A DNA stretch of 64,000 bases from contig NMRA01000162.1 in the NCBI GenBank assembly GCA_002633005.1, forward strand, positions 161,335-225,334, given 5' to 3'. Positions 11,205-24,200 of the stretch are shown in pieces. Below the pieces are notes generated by a model. It was given only the letters and a program-made list of their open reading frames with translations. It did not search any database and was not told the origin of the DNA. Every line of letters begins with the position of its first letter. Positions within the stretch are counted from its first letter, which is position 1. Position numbers and translations under genes: made by a program. The DNA is from Phoronis australis (taxonomy: Eukaryota; Animalia; Phoronida).

Positions 11205-13602
11205 ATATATTGTTAACTCTTGATCAGCGCTTGTAACTCCACCTAGTATTATATCTTTCACCGTACCCAATGGTTGTAGTTTTTAGCTTATTAATTCATC
11301 GATTTTTGAACGAAATTCGAAAACCTTACTTGGTTGTTTTTTCCACTAGCTGAATACCGCCGTGGTGTTCGCTTTCAACGAGAATTACTGGTTAATGCAT
11401 TTTGAAAATTCGTTATATGTACAGGCAGATATGTTTACTACAGCTTATAGTCGGGTCGTGCTCGCACCGGACAATGTGGTCATCACAATTGTATCCGACT
11501 ATGTCGTCACGCTCTCTTTGATCCTGGTAAAAGCTGCTCAGGAGGATGAACGGTGAAAATTCTCGCATATAGACGGAAATGCGTGGCTTCCTAGTAAGCG
11601 TATATTAGTCACTGCGCGGGCCACTTCACACTTGCTAAAAAGTAGTTACGAGCCCATAACAGTGTAGAAATAATTTATAGAATTTTTACCAATAACTGGT
11701 GGCACTTGTATTCTAAGTGACTTTGCACTTATGCACAAATGTTAGAAAAATAATCAAATTTCACTTGAGCAAAATGGAAAGTTTCTTATATACCCATTCT
11801 TGGATGGTGATGTCGTAGACCAAGTAAGCCACCGACCACGTTAACGTGGTCGAGAGGCATACTTGGTCTCCGACAGTGACATCCTAGCTGTTAGTTTAAG
11901 AAGCGTCATATATTTAAAACCAAATTTCTCGTGAAACCGCCGACCGAGGCCCCAGACCTTTAGTAGTTAGAATTCATTGTATCTATCCATCATTTCAGCC
12001 ACTTCATACCAGCACACTGACTTTGGACTGCACGAAGCTATTGCAGAGTTTTTTTAGAGGTGAGAGCTCAGACGATGCAGTATTTTTTAGTTCCTGATCC
12101 AATCATTTATTCAAAAAAACCAAGGACGAACAACAATGATGCGGGATTCCTTGATTGTTTGACCCAGCGTGATCATGGCGTTTGAAACCGCTTGCCACGC
12201 CCTTGTGCAGTTTTTCAAAAAAGACACATGACTTTCAGTGTCTGAATTTGATAGAGTGGGCGCCGGAGAGTCGGTGTAGACAACCCGGCAATCCGCAAAT
12301 AAGCTTTTTGGGCCTAACCGAGATTCTGCGTGCTTCACAGTTTCAGTCAGGCAAAGTAATTTTTCACTCGCCTACGAAGTAGCCTTTTGAAGAATGTTGA
12401 GCCATGTGAAAATACTAGAATATTTAGGGGCGTATCAAGGATTTTGATCGAGTTAGGTGGGGGGGGGGGGGGGGGNGGGGGGGGTGCTGCATGGCAGGGC
12501 AGAGTTTTAGCCAGGATTTTGCCCGTCAGACATTCGCACCCCCTGCCAAATGGAATCTGGGAACTTTAGGGGGGTGGACCAGAATCCACATGGGCCACAT
12601 GCACCACGAATTGCGAACTGCAACGTTGATAAGATTTGTGCTGTGCGAGCGAGCTTAGTTCAGCGGTAAACAACAAAACACCACACCAACCACTCAATTA
12701 TACATTCGTCACAAGAATAAAAATCCATTAACAACGGTACTCAAACAAAACACACACACAGATGCACACACACAATTGGTATCCTTGAATAAAACTCGGA
12801 ATGCATTTCTAAACTTTTAAGTTGTCAGCCCAGGGTTTTGCTGAATCGAATTTTACGAGAACAAAGAGCGGTGAAAATTCCCGAACTTACTGAGGACAGT
12901 CTCCCGAATTTCTGAACCTGAATCCAACCCCAAGCTGAAATTTTTGATTCTGAAATTTGGGGCACAGTCGAATTTGGCATTCACCAATTTTCTAAAATTT
13001 AGGACACGTAGATTTTAGTGGCAATGGCCGTAATTCCCACATTTCAGACAGTGCACAACATGATCGGGAATGAATGTAAATCTGAAAGTCCATCAAGTAA
13101 TGGTGATTATTCGTACATCGTTCCAAGCTGCCGCCGGTGTAATGTGTTGACTAATGTCGCAGTCTACAGTTACGTGGACAGCTTGTGTATATCTTGTATA
13201 TCTCGCATGTTTTCTTGGCAGTCATAATCACGGACTCAAAATATTTAAATATTTGCAACGCTTGATCGCGATGCAAATAAATGTATGTTCAATGACTTTC
13301 GCGTAATCACCAGTGCCACGCTTTGAATTTGAATTTTAAAACAACACCGGTGATGGGACCGTTAAGTTACTAAGTCAGATCCTGGGTTCACGGCTTCAAT
13401 TTTTTCCTACGAACCTGCGGCCCACTTACCTTCCTCCCTGCCTTCACTATGCCATGTGCCCGAATCGCCAAAACGATGTTCTTCAGTGTCAAGTTAAAAC
13501 AGAATTTGTGAAAAGCAAAAATCCATGTCCTAGTTTGTCCTGCAGTATACTTTAAAAATGTTCATATTGTAAATATACCTTTACGTCTCCCTAATGACAT
13601 TC

Positions 13603-13814
13603 CATGCGCGCACCCAGCCTATAATATGGGAGGGGGGGGGGGGGGGGNGACGATGTGGACTAAAAAAACAAAAAACAAAAACAAACCAGGGTACCATCTT
13701 CAGAACTGTGAACTGTGCATCTGCACCTTTTTGGTGGACTTTGTCTCGTTTACAGGGACTTTTTGTTTCTCTGTGGCGGACCTTTTTGCCGACTTCGTTA
13801 AATGGGGGGGCATA
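13603..13814 (+). mobile_element. MITE family B, copy 2 (right end degenerate)
   Basis: Shares the left TIR and CTGTGAACTGTGC.TCTGCACCTTTTTGG...GGGACTTTTTGTTTCTCTGTGGCGGACC with copy 1. Confidence 0.8.
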
Positions 13815-14234
13815 CATTCTATTTAATAGCCTATTTTGTATTCTACACGAAATGTTGGTCTCTCTCGCAACAAGATTAAAAATTTTGAAGCCATCTAAAG
13901 CAGAGTATGAACCTGTTATTCTTTAGTCAAAATTGCTCCGTTTCCACCATTCCCAGTCCCTTTCACAGTCGTCTGCCCCATGGTGTGTGATTTGTAAAAT
14001 GAAACCTGAGCCCCAGGGGAGATCAATCTAAATTCGCATACGCAATAGCCACTTGGAAATCGCTTCCCACCAGAGGAAGGAACAATCTAAGATCAGTTTA
14101 ATAGCTGAAATTGTCAAAATCATAAGCAAGATTTGTGACCAAAGACCGTTAAAAAAACGAATTCGCCATCAAACAGTTCGGCTGACAGTGACTTATACTA
14201 TAACTATAATAAGCTTTTTAAAATACTTAAAAAA

Positions 14235-14240
14235 TTTATT
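14235..14240 (-). terminator. Putative poly(A) signal of POLR2L
   Basis: AATAAA on the minus strand about 145 nt after the stop. Confidence 0.55.
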
Positions 14241-14383
14241 GTCTATTCATCAAAATTGGACACAAATGCTCAGTAAAGTGACCTCAACACATCTGTTACA
14301 ACAGAATCTCCACATATTCTCCTCGTGCACATAACTGCGGAGTAATCAACACATGAAGATGAGTTTCATTCCCTCGACACAGT

Positions 14384-14527
<144 letters not shown>

Positions 14528-14996
14528 TCAGGGTGGTATGCTGGTGCAATGGGTTGATGATGTCTGTATACTGCAACTGAGTATTGTACAAATACCCAGC
14601 TGCAAACCTATGCATGTATACACTAAGTTAGATAGACAAAGTTTTCCTGGTGATGATGTCCACATCGATACATGCCAAAACTTAAAATATCTTTTTTCAT
14701 TTGTATAAGCAACTGAGTAAGATCTCTAAACAGGCTCACCAGAAGAAATCTCACCAATTTAAACAAGAAGAATTACCAAAATTGCCCTTTTTCATTTTTT
14801 AAGGTCATCTAACACTATTGTGTATGCCACAATTTTCCAATATAGTGCCTGATGGTCGGTATTGCGGACCCATAATATTCTTTCCCGTGATAGGGTTTTA
14901 ATTCCGTTACCAACAAGAATACTGAAATAATCAGCAACTCGAGTTTATTGGGGTTAGCCAAAACTAAAATTTCAAAATCGAAAATGGCAGTTAGGT

Positions 14997-15228
14997 TAGT
15001 GCTTGGAATGACCAATGACAAAAAAGAGGAAAATTTTCCAGGTGATGTATCGTTCCACAAATAAATAGGATTGTGTGATAGAGATATTTCTTCGTGTTGT
15101 AAGATTTAACTGGCAGAAATAAATGCTTTTGCATGAATAATGTCAAAATAATGACGAAAAAGAGGAAACTGTAAATCAAATAAGAGGAAATTGAAACCAA
15201 AAGAGGTCATCCTCTTAAAAGAACCCTG
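14997..15228 (+). mobile_element. MITE family A, copy 2
   Basis: Shares GGAATGACCAATGACAAAAAAGAG...TTTTCCAGGTGATGTATCGTTCCACAAATAAA with copy 1. Confidence 0.85.
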
Positions 15229-16341
15229 ACGCGTCTGCATGTGCTTTGACTTGAGTTGGTATTGGAAATGAAATCCTATCACAGAAAGGAATATCACATG
15301 ATCGATTTTACGAGCCAGAGTAAAAGGTTTCAATCGATTTTTGTTTTTTAGCCAGTTAAACAAGGTAAAATGAAGCTTTAAGTCATCAATCACAAGAATA
15401 TGAAGGAAGAACCAATTATCTATTTAGAATATTCTGGTAGCAGTCCTTCCTTTATAGGTGTACTAAGTGTTGAAAATTTGACAACATTCATTGCATATGA
15501 GTTTGCTGTGTTCAAACAGACAGAATACAAACTTGTGATCAGCATTTACTTCATAAGACAACTCTGACATCTATTATCTAACTGATAACTGATCAAAGTT
15601 ATCTCCCCATGTTACCCCACATGGTACTTTTAGATGCAAAAAGCATAATATTACCACGTAATATCAGACTTCAAAAGCAATACAGAGCGATTATTTCTGC
15701 TTTTGATAATGGGAATTCATTTCTTCTGCTTCACTTGCTCGTAAATTGTCTCTGTCAAACAATTTTTGAGAAAACTTGTAAAATATCGTCGAATTCCATG
15801 ACATGTTGTTTGGGAAGACAAATTGTGGTCACACAGGTCTTGCCACCTGGTGACTGTTGCGATTGGGTCTTAATCCACTGACTGTCAGATCACAGACAAA
15901 GACAACAGCAAAACACATTACAATCAACATCAAAGTGCCAATTCTGGATCTTCAAACACTACAAATGCTCTCTTTGAAATTTAATTTGTTAACACACATG
16001 GTGCATTGTGCTTTTCTTGCGCACTTTTATCATTTTAGTTTTGTCCCTGATAACGAATAAACATAATATTCAAAGATCCAGAATTAATACATCAATGTCG
16101 ACTCTAGGCGTTTTGCTGTTGTCCATGTCTATGTCTGGACAGCTGCTTAGTAGATTACGCACAACCCATCTTGTCTGATTTACAACGCTACAATTTACTA
16201 TTTACTTTAATTGGACAAAATAATGAACTTTTGTCAAGTTGCACCGAAATACAACTTGGATGTGTATGTAACAGAGAATGTCCATTGCTGTCTTCACATA
16301 GACCTGTGTACTACTTTGAAAGTGCAAGAAAAAGAACAAAC

Positions 16342-16436
16342 CCTTCTGTGTACTCAGCTTGCAGTAAGCCAAGATAGGAGTCCCACTTGTTTCCTACCAC
16401 TTTGCCGCAGGTGAAACAGCGGATTGGGATAATCAT
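16342..16436 (-). CDS. POLR2L: RNA polymerase I/II/III subunit RPABC5 (RPB10), coding exon 1
   Basis: [32 protein letters not shown] then gtttgt, with the CxxC zinc ligands; 95+109 nt gives 67 aa plus stop. An acceptor at 16453-16454 implies an upstream non-coding exon. Confidence 0.98.
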
Positions 16437-17174
16437 AACGCAGACACAAACTCTGTAATGAGACAACAGGAGATTTGAAGTGTATTGTTGGGTTTAACCA
16501 GTCCAGGTAACTGCATATGCTCTATATAAGCTTTGAATACATCAATACAACAGTAGGCAAATGGCATTGATTGGAGCTGGCTAAACTAACAATGACGATG
16601 TATCAGTACATGTCCACAAGTGCTGAACAACAAAAAAATTGAAAAAAAAAATTCATGTCTGAAGTGGCAACTGAGTATGAAATCTGTGAGACTTTATTGT
16701 AGAGTACTGTAGTTTAGTCTAACTGAAAGTGCTGTTATGGCGAAATAAGTTTAAGTGAGACGACCCATGCTTTTACAGGCCCAAAAGTAAGACAGGCAGA
16801 GGATGCTGAAGGCCTAAAAACCTGCAAATTCAAACCAAGACAAGACCAGTTTGAGACGGTCTAACAAGGCAGAAATACAACCTATGAGCTCCACTACAAT
16901 GCCAAATCTCACCAATTTAGGACACAGAGTGTACGAGTGAACACTTTCTCATTTTTATCATGCAAAGGACATAGCACCAAAATACTGCTTTGTCATTGTT
17001 CTGTACCATAGCTGCAAATGGACAATAGTTTAAAAAATTCACAACAATGTTAGTGGCCCTTAAAGTATGAAAAAGCGCAAATATTTTTGCTCCAAGTTAG
17101 TGAGATTCATAGTTGCAAGACTAAGAAATTTGGATCTAACTCCAAAACTAGCACTAAGGCAGGGCTCGATTTGA

Positions 17175-17240
17175 CAACCTGCGGGTCACCAATGCAACCT
17201 GCAGGTCACCAATGCAACTTGCAGGTCACCAATGCAACCT
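17175..17240. repeat. 20-bp tandem repeat, 3.3 copies, just inside a CAGGGCTCG (hAT-like) terminus at 17160
   Basis: CAACCTGCAGGTCACCAATG units. Confidence 0.85.
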
Positions 17241-19392
17241 CAGATTTTTAGTAAGCTAAGTAATGGTACGTTTTACCAAGCGATGAGTAAAAAAATCCAG
17301 CATAATTTTTGCTCATCTCAGGTGGATTTTCTTAGGAAAAGTGAGCAGCTAAAACCGCACCGATTCAATTTTCATAAAAACAAAGACCAGAACCAATTAT
17401 GATTTTTAGGGTTATTTTTTGTGTGTGAAATTACAACACAGCCGTGGAACGCTGGTTGGAATAATCCGTAACTGACATCTTAGCCAGTAAACATTGTTTT
17501 GCATTGTTTTCAATGATTATTCAAGTACAGCCATCAACTAGTTGCTCAGAAGCTTTCAAACTTTGGTTACTAAATGACGTTCAACAGATTGAGTTTCTTT
17601 CAAACAGCAGTAATGGACCATGTAGGTGTCATTTCAATGTTGGAGTTGCAAAAACTTATGCACAGTTGGCTGTGCTACATTTGACTTTGATTTCAGCTTC
17701 ATCGTAAGAACACAGAGTTTGAATGGACTGAAAAAGAGCGCTCCACATTGCCAACTTTTTACCCACCATCAATTTGTGGCTGTGTTTTGACTTTCAGTCG
17801 ATACGGATAGCTGGCTGGCTAGCTTAGTAAAAGTTGAAAACGTCAGTGCTGCATCAAATTATAGTCCGTCGCCTACTTTCCTGTATTTAGTAATGAGTCA
17901 CAGATAAATTAATGGATAATGGAAGAGATTTGAAGGAATAAATAAATTCATATAACAGTCATGAAGTGTTGTTCTCGGTTTATCTAGTTGCACCAATTCT
18001 GAAAGTTGCAGAGCAGCTGGTTCATAAATATATCGGAATAACCATGGGAGAGTTGCTGCCTGACCTCCTTACATGACCTATAATAAACTGTAAAGTTTAA
18101 GAAAATACAAAAGTGGAGCTGGAATTCTCCGTCAAAGTCATCAAAGATATGTATAGTACTGGAAAGGATCGCTGAAGAAAGTAAGCATATTTAAGTGACA
18201 ATTTTAAGGGTAAAATATATTTTGACGAGGTGAAAGTAGATTTGGCCTACACAGGATTTAAATACACAAGACGAAATTAACACAGGGAGCGATGGGTAGT
18301 GTTGTAGACCCTAAATAGCCAACCGAGGGGCCTGTGCATGTGCACAGGCGTCTTTAGCTTCTGATTGTCCCCAATATAGTACTATATATAGTGTATTGGG
18401 AACGATCAGCTACTCCTAATAAATACATCTGTAACTGTGTCAGCACTGTCAGTCGTGTCAGTGGTAATGTTAGACAATGACAATTGTCTCTGCTGGCTCC
18501 TATAGGCACTTCATGCGCCAGAAGCTTCTCGGCGAATTATACCCGACTAAAACATCACGGCAGGTGGCATGACGTATATATCCCCTAGGTAATTACATCG
18601 CCCTGGATGCCGCAGGCATGCAGGGGCGATCGTACATCCCCACAAAAAGTTACGAATTTCAAATTTCAGGAAATAAAATCAAATGAAACATGCATGTATG
18701 CACATGCAGTTATCATTAACACATACCATAAGTTTGGAGACGATTCAGTCAAGATAATTTGAAAAAAATGATGAAAATCTGTCGCGGTTTGCTCGACTTT
18801 CTGAAGAAAGTAAGCACTTTTTTTTAAGTCATAGTTTTAAGTGTAGAATGTATTTTTGACGAAGTGAAAACTCTCAATCGGTGACCGGATTTGGTCTACC
18901 ATCCGTTTGAAATACACGGTACTGTCAGAATAAACATTGATTAAGTAATTAGTAAGAACAGATTCATTTGAAGTAGCCCAAAATTTGTGCATATGTACTT
19001 TTAAATCATGGGGTCAGACTTGTTGACATGTACTTTAACATCAAAATCTATTTTGAAATGGTGTTTACAACTTTGGGGTCTGGGGTCAAGATACTCTAGA
19101 GATTCTAGAAAATTCTGAGAACAAATTGTAACAGCCAATGATATGATTAGATAAGATCATGTAGTTTTTACTAGCCAATCACTAAATAAGTAGAATATTA
19201 TAATACGAGCTAAAATCAACAAGATATTCAGATGAGCTATAGTAGTTGAAGCATAAAGACTTGCTACAGTGTACAGAGGAAATTGTACGACAGAGCCATC
19301 TCGTGGAAGATTCTAGAAAGGATCTTGGCAAGGGCAAGGGTTAACGAACAAGAAGTTAACTACTCTCGAGTTCCGAATAGTTGCAGAGACAG

Positions 19393-20325
19393 CAATAATA
19401 GTATAGACTGGAAAATTTCATGATTTTTAATAATAGTAGAGGCTCTAATAATAGTATAGACCCAACATTTTTGCCACTAGAAAAGTAGTCTATAGACCGG
19501 AAATTGTCGGAAAAAATTAATAATAGTATAAAATGGAATAATGATATAGACGGCAAATTTGTGGAAATTTAAACATAGTATAGACTGGAATAATAATATT
19601 GATTACAAATTTAAATAAAATCTAATTATATAGAAGGGAATAATAATGCAAAACAGCAAATTCTAGGGAATAATGGTATAGACAGGAATTTTGTGGAAAA
19701 TTAAAAATAGCATAGACTGGAATAATCAGGGCTTGGAATGACCAATGACAAAAAACACGGAAACTTTTATGGCCCAAAAACATGCGCGCTACCCAGCCTT
19801 GAAATGTTGATGCGAACCTTTCGCCGACAAAAATCGGGAGGACCAAAAAAAAAACGTTACGACCATCAGTAGCATGCATCTGCGTCTTTTTAGCTCGTCC
19901 GTCCACTCCCTCCCCCACACATTTTTGGCTGCAGAGCCGTAGTATTCGTCACCGCGGTTTACAATCACAAGGGACGCCATTGAAAATCCACCACGCTATC
20001 CCAGATGCCCCGGCAATGTTGACAATTTACGTTCCTCCGAAACATAAAGAGCAACTTCCGCTTTTCGAGGTGAACGTCTTCGGTAACACCGCGGTAAGAA
20101 AGGAATTTGCCGCGGAAATTTTATATCAAATCCGATTTTTTTACGCGGAAATATAATAAAATGCGCGGACAGAACTTTTGAAAAAAACGGAAATCCGCGG
20201 AAAATTCGAGGCCTTGAATAATAACATTGATTACAAATTTGCGTGAAATCTAATAACAGTAAATGGAAATAATAGGAAGTGGAAAATCTAATAATGATAT
20301 AGATGGGAATAATAGTGCAAAAAGA
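19393..20325. repeat. Degenerate AT-rich tandem array interrupted by a MITE
   Basis: Recurrent AATAATAGTATAGAC(T/C)GGAAA-like units on both sides of 19727-20216. Confidence 0.7.
19727..20216 (+). mobile_element. MITE related to family A (same left end, different body) with a nested family B fragment
   Basis: CAGGGCTTGGAATGACCAATGAC...ATTCGAGGCCTTG; AATAAT duplicated on both sides; family B-like CATGCGCGCTACCCAG at about 19781. Confidence 0.75.
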
Positions 20326-20835
20326 AGCGATGGGAAGTATTATAGCCCCTAACTGGCCAACCGAGGGGCAACGTGTTGCCTATGTATCTAGCATGCACAG
20401 TATGAAAATAGCGAGTAACAATTTTGGGACTGAACGAGGGGCTGCTGGAAGAAAAAGTTTGATAATGGGAGTATTTGTTCGAGTTGGAAGGAATTAAATA
20501 CATCGGACTAAGGTGTCCATTGTAGTGAGCGCAAGGAGTATTTATAACAACATGACTTTGATGTTTCAGTCAGAGCGAGGCATAATTCGCAGAAAAGCTT
20601 CCGGCGTATGAAGCGCGAGCCGAGACGATGGTCATTGTCTATGACAATGTCATTCACTCATTGTCATTGACAATGTCAATGACCATGTACCGCAATCCGC
20701 AGCAGCAGGGAAAAGATAGAGTCAAAACAAGACAAGACGGGGCTTTAAAAATGAAATGTCGGTGTCCTAAGGATATGTCCATATTAAGAGCCTAGCATAA
20801 ACGCAGCACACTTTTATAAGTTGTGTTTAGATTAC

Positions 20836-21226
20836 CTTTTACTTTTTAAAATTGCAACTTCGCCAAAGTTTCGAGGTTTCTCGCAACTTGCGACACATCC
20901 GGAAAACCTATGAAATCAATCTCCCAAGTCCAAAGAGTTTCATTCCACCAAGGTAAACAAATTCGAATAACAATTTACAACAATTTTCAAATTTATTCTC
21001 CTTTTTATCGTCATATATTTATTTTTATATATTAATCTGAGTTTTTTACTGTATAATATTTCCTTTTTGTTTTAAATGTCTAAATTCGAAATATAACGTA
21101 TTTGCTCACTTCCGTCAAAAACGAGTTTGACAAGTTTTTAAGTTATCGACATTGACAACAAGTGCGCGAAAAGTAAGCGTGACTGTAGTGTAACTAGGGG
21201 AAAGTGCTGTGTCTGGAGTTATCCAG
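20836..21226. promoter_or_regulatory. Putative bidirectional promoter with two divergent non-coding first exons (POLR2L minus, tetraspanin plus)
   Basis: Minus-strand donor AAAAG|GTAAT at 20836 and plus-strand donor CCAG|GTGAGT at 21226; ETS-like ACATCCGGAA (20895-20904) and CACTTCCG (21107-21114) flank an AT-rich spacer. Confidence 0.5.
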
Positions 21227-24200
21227 GTGAGTTGCTCTTGACAGGGAGAGATTGGGGTTCACTAGTAATTATTTAACATGTTGATGTCTTGACTGGCGCT
21301 AGATTTTTGGTTACTCGTACGTAGCCAAATTTACTGAAACTGAAACACTGATTGAAACCACAGGCGTCCTCAGCTTCTGATCGTCCCCATTACAGGGCAA
21401 TCGCCCTGAAAGGCCTGAATGCCATTGGCATACAAGGGCAATAATACATCCCCCAGTAAAAGTTGCTCATTCCAAAATATAGCAAATAAAATTGAATGAA
21501 ACATGACTTTATGCACCAGGGCTCAACATTAACTTTTTAAGCCAGTAGTTGAAATTTTTACTTGCCCGAACAACAAATTCACTTGTCCCAAGTACAATCC
21601 CAAATAGCACCGTGCATGTGCACACCTAGGTAATGTGTTACCGTATTTCTGCCTGTGTCTGAGCCTCCTCTTGTGCCGTGCATGCTACATACATGAGTTG
21701 TTATTTTTTAACGATTCTTCGTGTGTCAAAACACTAGTGACAAATTAGAGGAGTAACTATGGTATCTGAACCATTGTCTCATGTTCACAGGCGCCGAAAT
21801 GAGCTAGGACATGAACTCTAGACACTTCTGTGTATTCATTAGTTTATACGCCCTCATGCGTTAAACTTGAGTTCCCTTATGAAAAATTGTTGCTTAACCT
21901 GAATTTGAATTTTTGCTATCCGTAAAAATCTTGCACAGTTTTGGTCATCGGTAGCTTGTATTAAATTAAAATCAAAATTTTTATAATGCCACATATACTT
22001 TTATTTTCAATGAATAATTAGATTATTTTTTGAAAAATAGATAGACTGCAAAAAAGCCACCCTTCAGAGCGACGACAATCCTGAAGACGGTATTCCTCTT
22101 CTTTTGGGAGTCGCCACCGGGAGCCGGGAATTCCCCCTGAATGAATACCAGGCCTTTAAAACTGCTGTGTAGTGTAGAAAATATGTGGTCAATCATTCAC
22201 TTTTTAGCTTTTTTGTACGACTTACATCTGCCGACGAATGCGGTGCTTCACAACTAGCTAGACTGTGCGAAATTTTTTGGGTCTAATGGAGCTAAACATG
22301 TAGTGGTACCGAGCTGTATTTTGATGATAGTATTCACACAGCTAGCTGGCTGACTAAATAACAGGATGCTTTTTATGCCGCCACATAATTATATATTCCC
22401 TTTAAGTTTTATATGGCCATGGTATTGGGTGCATATTGCCACCATCTGTGTCCAAGTGACCTGTATCTGTTCTCCACTGCTGTATGTCCTAAACACCTTG
22501 CAGGAGAATTGGCAGATGAGTCCTGTGAAGCTGAGTTTTCTAACCTCCTAAAACCTCCTAATACAATATACCTAGAAAGGCCACTTATATTGCTTTCACA
22601 TCAAATCAATAGCACAAAGACTTGCTTGTTCTTCCCAGGCAAACCTATTTTTATTTCGACCTGTGCAAACAACAAATTGTGGCCAAGTTTATTAAGTGGT
22701 ATGATTCAAAAGTTGGTGTTTTAATATCAAGCTTCTTTGAAGTGTGTTGCATTGGTGCTTTGAATTAGGAAAATTCTATGTATTCATCCAACAAGTCGAC
22801 CAAATTAGCCGATTTTTGGTATTCAACCAACTAACTTTAAATGTAATAAATCCATTTACATTTACACTTTAGTTACAATTTACAATGAAAGTCATACAAT
22901 GAACTAACAATCAGCAGTTTTTACATTGGTTCAAATCAAGAATGACAAGAAATACTGATATTCATGAGGACACCGATCCAGGCAGCCATCTTGACTTTTT
23001 CCATCCTGGTTGTCTTTTTTACCATATATCTTTTCCGGAAAGATACTAGAAATTGCAGTGAATATGCAAAGCCAAAATACACATCCAAAACAATAACTAG
23101 GGCGAAATACCCATCAAACTTTTAAGTTAGCAGCAATACTTCCATGTGACTCTGTTCCCTGGCTGTTGAGATTGTTGAATGTTTCTCGGGTGAATAGCAA
23201 AAATCTCACTATTTGAGGGGCACGGATTAGGCATTATAATACCCGTGAGATTGTTGGAAAGTTTGTTGGGTGAATAGGAAATATCTGATTATTTGGTCGA
23301 CAAGTTGTGAGGTCACAAATATCTACCATTGAGATCATTGAATTTTGCTTTGTCGGGTAAATAATCAGTGTATTTGGCTGACCTGTTGGTTATAGCAAAA
23401 ACTGGTTTCATTGGCTGACTTGTTGGTTAAATAACGTCAACCTAAAAGTAGGTCTTTGGTCTTTTCTGAGACTTTCAATTTCTGCATATTTTCAAAATTC
23501 ATGGAAATAGGTGGCTGGCCTTCTGAATCACTTAAAACTAATAAAAATAAGTACCACTGTGCAACACAATTCTACTCGTTTGTCTTGTAGAGCAGAAAAC
23601 AATTGTGCATTTCAATTATGGCTCAAGATTTTAAAAATGGCTTAGGAAATATTTGTTTTTTCCACTTTCCCAGACTGGAAAATTGTTACAGTTTGTTTCA
23701 AAAAATGAAGCACTAAATTGCACTCTGTATTGTGTTCAAGTCACAGTAATTATTTGGGTGTGTAAAACTTTCTCAAAAACTCATTTTGTAATGTATATGT
23801 CATAGTTTAAAGTTTGCAGATTTTTGGAGTCCATTTAAAATACGAAATGATTGTTTGGTTAGCTCGCTCGTTTTAGGTGCTCAATGCATAACCTTTACAT
23901 CGAAATTGGGCAGCTCGCAGGTCTAACTGAGTATGCGAGAATTTGTGGAATATGCAGTACTGACTGATTGAAAGCGAGATTCATTTTATGTGTCATTGAC
24001 CTGTCCTTGGTGATGTGCACAGAAATTTGCTGACAAATTTGACAGATGATGCCAGAATAGTTAGTATTATTTCAAAGCCATGATCTTTGTGAACTAAAAA
24101 GCCTGGCGATGTATATTTCAAGAGCAACAATGCCAAGAGCTGAAATTTTATCATTGTAAAGTTGTAAATAAGTGTAAACTGTATTATGAGGCCAAGGCCT

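Noticed and set aside
12455-12485. Poly-G tracts (also near 13631 and 51425) as functional G-quadruplexes
   Set aside because: At least the first two sit in MITE-like sequence, and long homopolymer lengths are unreliable in assemblies.
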